Source of the DNA: Chthoniobacterales bacterium
GTDB lineage: Bacteria > Verrucomicrobiota > Verrucomicrobiia > Chthoniobacterales > Chthoniobacteraceae
Direction of reading: 5' to 3'
DNA length: 32,033 nt
Assembly: GCA_038326125.1 (NCBI GenBank)
Contig: JBBQJR010000001.1
Span: 1 to 32,033, forward strand
A model generated the notes under the pieces. It worked only from the letters and a program-made list of their open reading frames with translations. It had not been told where the DNA came from and did not search any database. Below are positions 15,859 to 23,913 of this stretch, in pieces. The stretch's first letter is position 1, and each line of letters starts with the position of its first letter. The position numbers and the translations under genes were made by a program.

Positions 15859-17214
15859 TCACCGCTTCGCAGGCTCCGCGGCTTTCGCCCCGAGGCAAAT
15901 CAGGTGCTTCACCCCGCGGACGAAAATTTGGCGCTGCGCGAACGCCGGGCTCGCGAAAACTTTTTCGCCGAGCGCCGATCGGCCGAGTTCCTTAAATTCA
16001 CGCCCGGCTTCGACCGCGATCAGCGTCCCGCTGCTCGTGATGAGCACCAGCCTGCCGCCCACGATGCTCGGCGACGCATTGCAGGCTTCGTCAAAATCGT
16101 GCTCCCACTGTTTCTTGCCGTCCTTCGCGTCGTAGCAGGTCGTCACGCCCGCGTTGTTCACCACGAAAATCAGCTCGCCGTTGCTCACGGGGCTCGTCAC
16201 GTCCGGGATGCCGTCCTCCGCGATCCAGCCGAGATGCGTCTTCGTCACGTTGCCCTGGCCGTCGGGGCGGATGGCTTGCAGCTTGTTTGCCGGGCTCACG
16301 ATGAAAAGCGTGCCGCCCGCGAAGACCGGCGACGGCGTCACCTCGCCGTCGAGACAATCCGCGCGCCAGAGTTCCGCGCCGTCCTTCGGCGCGTAGGAAA
16401 TCACGAATGGGTTTGCGAGGGTGACGAGCTGCGATTTTCCGGCGGCGGCGAAAATAATCGGCGTCGCCCACGAAGCACCCACGGCGCGCGGCTGCTGCCA
16501 CACGACCGCGCCGGTCGCGCCGTCGAACGCAGTCAGCTTGCTCAGTTTGTCATCCACCTCGCCCTGATCGAACTGCACGATCACGCGATCCTCCCAAGTG
16601 AGGAGCGAAGTCGCGTGGCCGTATGGATTCTTCGGCGTGCCGAGAAATTTCGCCCACGCGACGCTGCCGTCGAAATTGACCGCAGCGAGATCGCCATTGG
16701 AAAACATCGCATACACGCGCCGCCCGTCGGTCGCGACGGTGCCCGCGGCCATGCCGCACTGGTCGGGGACTTCGGGATTCGTGTCGGGACTGCCCGCGGT
16801 CTTCGGCACGACGGTCTGCCAGAGCAGTTTTCCCGTCGAGGCATCGAAGCACATCACCACGCGCTTCGCCTCGTCGCCGCCGGAAAGAAAGACGCGGCTG
16901 CCCCACACCACGGGCGAACTGAAACCGGCCACCGGCACGGCGACGGACCACGCAATGTTCGCGCCGGTCTGCACATCGCACGTCAGCGGCACATCGCACT
17001 CCGCGCACACGCCGCCGCCCTCCGGCCCGCGGAAGCGCGGCCAGTTCGCGCGGTATTCCTCCGGCGATGGCAGGTCCGCCGCGAGCGCGACTGCGAGGCA
17101 AGCGAATGCGGAGAGCGAACGGATGAAATTTTTCCAAAAACACGCACCGCGATCAAAGAAGGACCACGGATTTCGCGGATGGCACGGATGGGAAATTGGT
17201 CTGCACGCAATCAT
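15859..17214 (-). CDS. Exported PQQ-like beta-propeller repeat protein. Start uncertain.
   Basis: Leader FIRSLSAFACLAVALAADL, then NWPRFRGP and repeated propeller blades (FDASTGKLLWQ, FDGATGAVVWQ, KDGAELWR, KDGKKQWE). The nearest in-frame ATG is at 17212-17214. A GTG at 17145-17147 would give an ideal leader but is one nucleotide out of frame (see findings). Confidence 0.8.
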   Translation of the reverse strand: MIACRPISHPCHPRNPWSFFDRGACFWKNFIRSLSAFACLAVALAADLPSPEEYRANWPRFRGPEGGGVCAECDVPLTCDVQTGANIAWSVAVPVAGFSSPVVWGSRVFLSGGDEAKRVVMCFDASTGKLLWQTVVPKTAGSPDTNPEVPDQCGMAAGTVATDGRRVYAMFSNGDLAAVNFDGSVAWAKFLGTPKNPYGHATSLLTWEDRVIVQFDQGEVDDKLSKLTAFDGATGAVVWQQPRAVGASWATPIIFAAAGKSQLVTLANPFVISYAPKDGAELWRADCLDGEVTPSPVFAGGTLFIVSPANKLQAIRPDGQGNVTKTHLGWIAEDGIPDVTSPVSNGELIFVVNNAGVTTCYDAKDGKKQWEHDFDEACNASPSIVGGRLVLITSSGTLIAVEAGREFKELGRSALGEKVFASPAFAQRQIFVRGVKHLICLGAKAAEPAKR

Positions 17215-17247
17215 CCGCACCATCCGCGCAATCCGTGCAATCCGTGG
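17164..17247. repeat. Imperfect long hairpin built from tandem 9-mers (CATCCGNNN/AATCCGTGN), between the divergent propeller genes
   Basis: Left arm 17164-17191 has three units: ccacggatt tcgcggatg gcacggatg. Right arm 17212-17247 has four units: catccgcac catccgcgc aatccgtgc aatccgtgg. The outer 9 bp pair perfectly and the inner units pair in more than one register. Confidence 0.65.
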
Positions 17248-17411
17248 TTGAATGCATCCTCGCCATCCGAGGGACGCGGAATGTCGCACCGTCGGGATCG
17301 GCTTGTCTGCGTCAGGAGTGTTCATGGCGGATCGGAAGATTTTCGGAAATGGGGCTACCATCGTCGCGGCTGCGGAGTTGTTCACGGCGCACCGCATCGG
17401 AATTTTCCACC

Positions 17412-19046
17412 ATGACCCACCCAGCCGCCCTGTCTCTCGCAATGTCCTTTTTTCTCGCGCTGTCCGCGCACGCCGCCGACTGGCCCGCGTGGGGCGGCGC
17501 GGATCTCGGGCGGAACATGGTCTCCGCGGAGAAGAATTTGCCCGACACTTTCAAGCCCGGCGAAAAATCCGCGAAGGGCGACGGGATGCTGCCGGGCACG
17601 ACGGAAAATGTCCGCTGGGTCGCGAAGCTCGGCAACCTCATCTGCGGCAATCCCACGGTCGCGAACGGCCGCATTTTTGTCGGCACCGACGACGCCAGCC
17701 TGCAGGGCGACGCGCGGCTGAAACGCACGAAAGGCGGCATGGTCTGGTGCCTCGATGAAAAGACGGGCAAGATGCTCTGGCGGCTGCCGGTGCCGGTGCG
17801 ACCGAAGGATCAGCTCCCGAAGGACGCGCACTACGGCCAGCAGAGTCTCGGCGTGTGCTCCGCGCCGACGGTCGCCGGCGATCGCGTGTATGTCGTCACG
17901 AGTGCGTGCGAAATTTTGTGCCTCGATGTGCATGGGCAGGCGAATGGGAACGACGGCGCGTTTCAGGACGAGGCGAAGTACATCGCCGGCGCGAACAACC
18001 CACCCGCGACGCTGGAAAAAACCGACGGCGACATCATTTGGAAATACGATCTCGTGAGCGAACTCGGCATCTGCCCGCACGATGTCGCGGCGTGCTCGGT
18101 GCTGGTTGATGGCGATATTTTATACTGCACTTCCGCGAACGGCGTGAACCACGAGCACACGTTTTGCCTGCGGCCAGACGCGCCGAGCTTCATCGCGCTG
18201 AATGCGAAAACCGGCAAGCTGCTCGCGACCGACACCGAAGACCTCGGCCACACGATGTGGCACTGCTTGTGGTCGCCGCCGACGGTCGGCGTGGTGCATG
18301 GAAAACGGCTCGTGTTTTTCGGCGGCGGCGACGGCGTGTGCTACGCGTTCGCGGCGCTGACTTCCGTGCCGGAGCAGCCGGTGCATTTGCAAAAAGTGTG
18401 GATCTACGATTGCGATCCGCCGAACTACCGCGACCCACTCGGCGACGGCAAACCGTTCAATTACTACGTCGGCGACAAGCGCAAAAAGTACACGACGAAC
18501 CAGAACGACGGCACCTTCCTCGGGCCGAGCGAAATCATCGCGTCGCCCGTCTTTCACGAGGGGCGGGTGTACTGCACCATCGGCCAGGATCCGATGCACG
18601 GGCGCGGGCGCGGCATCCTGCATTGCATCGATGCTTCGAAGACTGGCGACATCACGCACACCGGCTGCGTGTGGAAGTACGACGGCATCGAGCGCAGCAT
18701 CAGCAGCGTGGCGATCCGCGACGGCCTGCTCTACACAGCGGACCTCGCCGGTCGCGTGCATTGCCTCGATGAAAAAACCGGCAAGCTGCAATGGCTGCAC
18801 GACACCGAATCCGAAACGTGGAGCACGCCGCTCGTCGCGGACGGAAAAGTGTACGTCTGCACGAAGAAGAAACTCGTGACCCTCGCCGCCGGCCGGGAGA
18901 AAAAATTGCTCTCGGAAGTCACGCTCGGCTCGAGCGCCTACTCCACGCCCGTCGCAGCAAACGGCACGCTTTTCGTCTGCTCGCAGAGCTACCTCTGGGC
19001 CGTGCAAAAAGGCGCGACGCCCGTGCCGCTCGCCGCGGGCGAGTAG
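17412..19046 (+). CDS. Exported PQQ-like beta-propeller repeat protein
   Basis: The ATG at 17412 gives MTHPAALSLAMSFFLALSAHA/ADWPAWGG. Repeated blades include LDEKTGKMLWR, NAKTGKLLAT and LDEKTGKLQWL. Confidence 0.85.
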   Translation: MTHPAALSLAMSFFLALSAHAADWPAWGGADLGRNMVSAEKNLPDTFKPGEKSAKGDGMLPGTTENVRWVAKLGNLICGNPTVANGRIFVGTDDASLQGDARLKRTKGGMVWCLDEKTGKMLWRLPVPVRPKDQLPKDAHYGQQSLGVCSAPTVAGDRVYVVTSACEILCLDVHGQANGNDGAFQDEAKYIAGANNPPATLEKTDGDIIWKYDLVSELGICPHDVAACSVLVDGDILYCTSANGVNHEHTFCLRPDAPSFIALNAKTGKLLATDTEDLGHTMWHCLWSPPTVGVVHGKRLVFFGGGDGVCYAFAALTSVPEQPVHLQKVWIYDCDPPNYRDPLGDGKPFNYYVGDKRKKYTTNQNDGTFLGPSEIIASPVFHEGRVYCTIGQDPMHGRGRGILHCIDASKTGDITHTGCVWKYDGIERSISSVAIRDGLLYTADLAGRVHCLDEKTGKLQWLHDTESETWSTPLVADGKVYVCTKKKLVTLAAGREKKLLSEVTLGSSAYSTPVAANGTLFVCSQSYLWAVQKGATPVPLAAGE

Positions 19047-19062
19047 CCGCGACGCAAGAACT

Positions 19063-20088
19063 TTACCGCTCGCGCTCGAGCGAGCACGCGTGGCACGCGA
19101 AGCCCGCGCCGAACGAGACGAGCCACAGCCGATCCGGCGTGCTGCCGTTCGCGGCCAGCGCGCGCTCCGCGGCAAAAAGCACGGACGGGCTGCTCATGTT
19201 CCCGCAATCGCGGAGCACGCCCTCCGCCTCGGCGAGCTCGTGGCCGGGCAGGCGCGAGCGGATCGCGGAGAGCACATCGCGCCCGCCGGAGTGGCTGATG
19301 ATCTGCGGCGCGGCGTGGCCATTCGCACCGGGATAAAGTCCCGCGACCGCGTCGGCCGCGACGGACGGCACGGCTTTGTGCAGTTGGTTGCACAGCTTGC
19401 CATCGCGATTCACAAAACGAATTTTCTCGCGCTCCGCGGGAAGATGCAGCGACTGGAATTTGCCGAACCGCCAGCCGCCGTCCGAAGCGCCATCGAGGAC
19501 CACCGCAGCCGCACCGTCGCCAAAAAGACACAGGCTGATGAGCACGCCGGGATCATCATTCACGTAGAATGCCGCCGAGCAAATCTCCACCGCCACGACC
19601 GCCACGCGGTGACTCGGATGGACGGCGAGATAATTGCACGCGGAACGCAGCGCCGGAATCGCCGCACCGCACCCCGCGCCCGTGACGTCCACGAGATACG
19701 TCGTCGGCGAAAGTCCCGCGGCTTCCGCGATGTGGCTGCTCAAACCCGGGCAGAGATAGCCGGTGCAGGTGCAAACAAAAAGCGCGTCCACATCGCCCAC
19801 TCCGGCCTTTTCCAGCGCCGCGGCCAGCGCGCGCGTTCCGAGCCGCGCAGCTTCGCGCTCGTACGTTTCGCTGAGTTCCTGCGCGCTGCGGCCGACAAGA
19901 TTGCCCAGCTTTTCCGCCGCAAAATGCCGCCGGTCGATCCCGGATTCGCCGAGCAAAACCATTTCCAAAATATTCTGCGAGCGCTGCGTGAGGTCGCGCA
20001 CAAACGGCGCGTCGCGCAATCCCTCCCAGCACTCGCGCTGAGTCCATGAACGTTCCGGGAGGGCGGTGGCGATGCTGGCGAGCTTCAT
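19063..20088 (-). CDS. Type III polyketide synthase (chalcone/stilbene synthase superfamily)
   Basis: Cys/His/Asn triad contexts are FVCTCTGYLCPG, ISHSGGRDVL and LRDCGNMSSPSVLF. The C-terminus is WLVSFGAGF. The ATG is at 20086-20088 (MKLASIATALP). Confidence 0.9.
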   Translation of the reverse strand: MKLASIATALPERSWTQRECWEGLRDAPFVRDLTQRSQNILEMVLLGESGIDRRHFAAEKLGNLVGRSAQELSETYEREAARLGTRALAAALEKAGVGDVDALFVCTCTGYLCPGLSSHIAEAAGLSPTTYLVDVTGAGCGAAIPALRSACNYLAVHPSHRVAVVAVEICSAAFYVNDDPGVLISLCLFGDGAAAVVLDGASDGGWRFGKFQSLHLPAEREKIRFVNRDGKLCNQLHKAVPSVAADAVAGLYPGANGHAAPQIISHSGGRDVLSAIRSRLPGHELAEAEGVLRDCGNMSSPSVLFAAERALAANGSTPDRLWLVSFGAGFACHACSLERER

Positions 20089-20149
20089 TCGGCACAATCT
20101 GTAATCCAAACGGCGGCGGGTTGCGTAAAGTATTTGCCGGGTCGCATGG

Positions 20150-21160
20150 TCATCTCACTTTACGGTAAACGGATTCGAAGCGGACGAGGCCGCACGAAAT
20201 CAGCGTTGTGGCGACTTTTCTCCCGACGCGATTCATGAGCAGCGACTGCAGCACCCGCGCCCATCGCAGTCGGCGCGCAAACATTTTTCGATGCGCGCAG
20301 AAAATTTCCACGGCTGCGTCCTCCCACTTCGCCGCACCTTCGCTCCAGCGCGCGAGCGGCTCGACCGCGGCCAGCGCGCTTTGAAAAGCCATCGTCATCC
20401 CGTTGCCCGTGAATGGCGGAATCATCGCGGCGGAGTCGCCCACGGTCACGCGTCCATCGGGCCGCGCGCGCTGCCAGCCGAGGGAAAAATGGCTCACGCC
20501 TTTCAGCGATCCGGGCACCATCTGCGCGCCGCGCAAACGCTCTGCGAGACTGGCGAGACCGGCTTCCTGCGTGGCCACGGCGAGCGCGTTTCCGCCCTGC
20601 ACACTCTCGCCGCGCCGGAAGAGACCGCAGACATTCACGCGCGAATTTTCCACGCGCGTGAGGCCGACGTAGCCGCCGTTTTGCAGATGGATTTCCAAAT
20701 CCGCGCACAGCGTGAGCCCCTCGAAATGCGCCTTGAGTCCCAGCCAGCCGGACGCCTGCTTCGCGCGGCCCGCCGCCCACACGACGCCCTCGCCCGCTTT
20801 TTCCAGTCGCTCGCCGCACCGGAGTTCACCACCCGCCACCACGAAACGATCCGCGAGCGCGGCATCCAGCCAATGCCGGCTGAGCCCGTACGCCGCCGAG
20901 GGCAGCGAGCGATTCCACATCGGCCGCTGGCCGTCGAACCACGCCGTCGTCGTGTGCTTTTGCGCGGCGGAAAAAAGATCGCGAATGCCGAGGGCATCGA
21001 GGTCCGCATCCGCAATCCCGGAGATGAATTCACCGCACACGCGATGCCGCGGATAGCTCCCCGCCTCGGTCAGTTTCACGGGCACGCCGCGCGAACGCAA
21101 CGCGATGCCGAGCGAAAGTCCGGCGAGCCCGCCGCCGGCGATGGAGACCGGCCGCATCAT
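20150..21160 (-). CDS. FAD-dependent oxidoreductase/monooxygenase (geranylgeranyl-reductase-like fold)
   Basis: MMRPVSIAGGGLAGLSLGIALRSRGVPVKLTE (GxGxxG) and the GD motif VTVGDSAAMIPPFTGNGM. Its ATG overlaps the upstream stop in an ATGA (21157-21160). Confidence 0.85.
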   Translation of the reverse strand: MMRPVSIAGGGLAGLSLGIALRSRGVPVKLTEAGSYPRHRVCGEFISGIADADLDALGIRDLFSAAQKHTTTAWFDGQRPMWNRSLPSAAYGLSRHWLDAALADRFVVAGGELRCGERLEKAGEGVVWAAGRAKQASGWLGLKAHFEGLTLCADLEIHLQNGGYVGLTRVENSRVNVCGLFRRGESVQGGNALAVATQEAGLASLAERLRGAQMVPGSLKGVSHFSLGWQRARPDGRVTVGDSAAMIPPFTGNGMTMAFQSALAAVEPLARWSEGAAKWEDAAVEIFCAHRKMFARRLRWARVLQSLLMNRVGRKVATTLISCGLVRFESVYRKVR

Positions 21161-21801
21161 GCACGCACGGCACACATGCGATACGCGCCGAGGAAAGTCG
21201 CCGCGATTTTCCACTGCCAGCCGCCGAGACCGAGCGCGCGCGGCAATTCCTCGCCGAGAAAACCCGCGCGGATGCTCGTCCGCATATCGTGCCGCGTCAC
21301 ATGGCTCAGCAGCGCGAGCACGGTGAGCAGAGCGCTCTGCGCGAGGTGGAGCCGGCGGCGCGCGGGCTCGCTCGCGAGAAAAATCCGGCAATTCGCCGGG
21401 AGCTTTTTTCCGAGATGCGCGAGCGCCTTGTCCTCAAAATGATGCAGAAAAAGATTCGCAATCACGACCTCCGCCTCGGGCAGCGGAGCGGCGAAAATGT
21501 CCCCCTGCACCCAGGCGGAATCCTGCGGCCAGTCCGCCGGACGCGGCGCAAGATCGAGACCCGAGATTTGCGCGGCCTGGCAGATTCCCTGCGAGACGAG
21601 CCTCTTGCCGAAGGTGCCGTCGCCCGCACCCAGTTCCAGCACGCGCCAACCGGGCTGGATGCTTCGCCGCACTTCGCCGGCGAGGAAGCGGTGGTTACCC
21701 ATGATGGCATTGATCAGCCGCAATTCGCGGCGGCTCCGTCGCGCCGCAGGATCGTCCGCACGCAGCGTGTCGAGGATTTCCGGTTCGATGCAGCGCAGCA
21801 T
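21157..21801 (-). CDS. Class I SAM-dependent methyltransferase
   Basis: RVLELGAGDGTFG (motif I) and VIANLFLHHF. I chose the ATG at 21799-21801 (MLRCIEPEILD) because codons upstream become AT-rich at the third position. Confidence 0.8.
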   Translation of the reverse strand: MLRCIEPEILDTLRADDPAARRSRRELRLINAIMGNHRFLAGEVRRSIQPGWRVLELGAGDGTFGKRLVSQGICQAAQISGLDLAPRPADWPQDSAWVQGDIFAAPLPEAEVVIANLFLHHFEDKALAHLGKKLPANCRIFLASEPARRRLHLAQSALLTVLALLSHVTRHDMRTSIRAGFLGEELPRALGLGGWQWKIAATFLGAYRMCAVRA

Positions 21802-21996
21802 GAGTTTCACGCGAGAGTGCTTCGCAACCGCGCGGATTTTGCCCAGCCGAAATTTTGAAGTTCCGGAAGAAGTGAAATCCATGCGTGCTTTCGATCCAAC
21901 GCCTCCCGCAGCGGGCTGGATGCACGCTTTCAACTTGTCGCCGCTCGCGCCGAGGCCGATGCGGGTTTCCTTTTTCGCCACTTGCCTGCCACGGGT

Positions 21997-22038
21997 GAAT
22001 TTGGAACTCGGAATTTGAATCTCGGAACTTGGAAGGCG
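21997..22038. repeat. Degenerate tandem heptamer array (GAANTNG x6), intergenic
   Basis: The units are gaatttg gaactcg gaatttg aatctcg gaacttg gaaggcg, read directly from the sequence. Confidence 0.6.
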
Positions 22039-22061
22039 GCGGCATTGGCGAAAGAGCCGCC

Positions 22062-23651
22062 CTATTTTTTCGGGAAATCCCACACCCAATCACCGACGTA
22101 ATCCTCGTCACTGAACCTCGTGCTCTCGGGATGTTTTGCATCCAGCACGCGCTTGCCGCCGTCGTCCCGGCCATCGAAGCCGACGCTCCACAGCGCGTAT
22201 TTTCCATCCGCGGTTTTGCGATAGCCCATCGGCTTTCCGCTCATTTCATCCAGCGGCAGCGGCGTGCCGTCGGCGCGGTGCACGGCTCCGAGCGAGTCGG
22301 GATAGGCTCCTTGCGCGAGGCGGTACCGCTCGAGCGCGCAGGCGATGACGGCCTGGCTGATCAATGCCTGCGCGTAGGCCGCGCGACGCGTCACGCTCGT
22401 GGTGACCGGCGCGACCATCGCGGTGAGGATCGCCTCCGGGTGAGTCCAGACCGTCGCCTTCATGCCTTTCATTTCATCCTCGAATTCCTTCGCGGACCGG
22501 AGCGCCGCGCGCCAGTCCCCGTCGCGCAGAGGCCGCACGATGTGGTGAAGTTCCCGCTCCGCGAGAAAGGCACAACTCGCGTCGAAGAAGCCGGAAGGGA
22601 TCGCGTGCCCCGCCGCATTTGCGAGCGCGCCGCCGTCGTTGCCGCCAATCCAGCCCGGCGAGAGAATCTTCACCGCCCCGGCGCGCGTGCCCTTGATAAA
22701 TTGCAGCGAGCTCACGGCGGAGGCCAGTTCGGAGCGCGACGCGTGCAGCAGCGCGCGATGCATATCGAGGCGAGCGAGCGCGGATTCCAGTCGCGCAAAA
22801 TCATCCGCTGTCCCGGCGTGCGCGGCGCAGATTTCCCAAGTCGTGCTGCAGAGCACGGTTGATCCCGAGATGCCGACGAGCAGCCCGATCAGAAACGGAT
22901 CGTGCAGGCTCGCCTCGCTGAGCCGCGCAAGGATTTGCACGCTCTCGTGCGCCTTCGCCCAGCCGTCCTCACCCGCGCCCGCCGCCGCGATCGCGCGTAG
23001 CGCGAGCGTCCACTGCATCGCCATCACCGCGCTGTAATGCGGGAGCGCGACGGAAAAAAAGCATCCCCGGCAGTTCGCGCGTCCTCCATTCCGGCGTCCA
23101 TTGCGCCTCCGGGCGGCTCAGCCCGGCGGCGAGTTCCTGGAAAATGGCGTCGTGCTTGGAGAGCGCCGCGAGCACATCACGCGCGGGATTTCCCGAATCT
23201 GCCAGCATCGGCAGCGAGCCCTCGGTGCGCAGCGAATCGGCCAGGCTTTTCAGATCCACGCGCACGCCAGTCATCGCGCCCGTGAATTTCGGACGCGCCG
23301 GGCCTTTCGGAAGCGCCGGCAGCTTCAGCGCAGCGAGGCGCTTTCGTTTCTCGCCCGGCTCGCCGTTGTCCGGATGGTTGTCCACGACGAGCGCGAGATC
23401 TTTCAGCAGCGGGATCGCGCAGAAATTTTCCGCCTCCGGCACCGGCGCGGGCATGGTCGCGCGGAAGTCCAGCGTCTCGCTCTCGGCGCGGAACATCGCC
23501 TGCACGTCGCGCCACCGGCGCGCGCCGTTCCAGTTCATCCATGTGCAAAGCGCCAGCCAAAGTAACACGCAGATCGCGACGAAGCCGAGCAGGCTCCAGA
23601 CAACGGAGCGGAGCCAGCAGCGCTGCCAGCAGCGGTGAAAAATTTCATCAT
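22062..23651 (-). pseudogene. Membrane-anchored protein with a pseudopilin-like C-terminal motif, split by frameshifts at homopolymers. It is either a pseudogene or an assembly error.
   Basis: ORFs 22969..23568 and 22062..23027 are consecutive pieces. Removing one base from the A7 run at 23054-23060 fuses ...TRELPGMLF with SVALPHYSAVMAMQWTLALR. The N-terminal TM helix (VVWSLLGFVAICVLLWLALCTW) has no start codon in its own frame, whereas ATGATG at 23646-23651 (MMKFF) is offset by one base across the A5 run at 23638-23642. Confidence 0.7.
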
Positions 23652-23913
23652 GGCCGATTGGGGTGGAGTTTCATCTTGCGCAGAGCGCGCCGCCGAAAAG
23701 GCGCAAGCGCCGGAGGAACATGCCGGGAAAAAACGCGGATGCATTGCGAAAAATCTGCGCTGATCCGCAGTGGTGCCGCGGTGGTCTGCGGCTGGAAAAA
23801 TCAGTGCGGCAAATTGTCAGCGGACGCTCAAATCAAATTGCGAAAACCATCCCCGTGCCATCACGCTCTGCGCGAAACGAACCCGCGCTGATCACCTCAC
23901 AATTCGCCCTCCC

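Noticed and set aside
22038-22070. Stem ggcggc/gccgcc followed by T6, looking like a plus-strand intrinsic terminator
   Set aside because: No plus-strand gene lies upstream. The T6 run is simply the complement of the final Lys-Lys codons and stop of the minus-strand gene ending at 22062. On the minus strand there is no U-tract.
23743-23848. 10-nt direct repeat attgcgaaaa (23743 and 23837) in the divergent region upstream of the sulfatase, as a possible operator
   Set aside because: There are only two short copies with no dyad symmetry. This cannot be separated from chance without comparative data.
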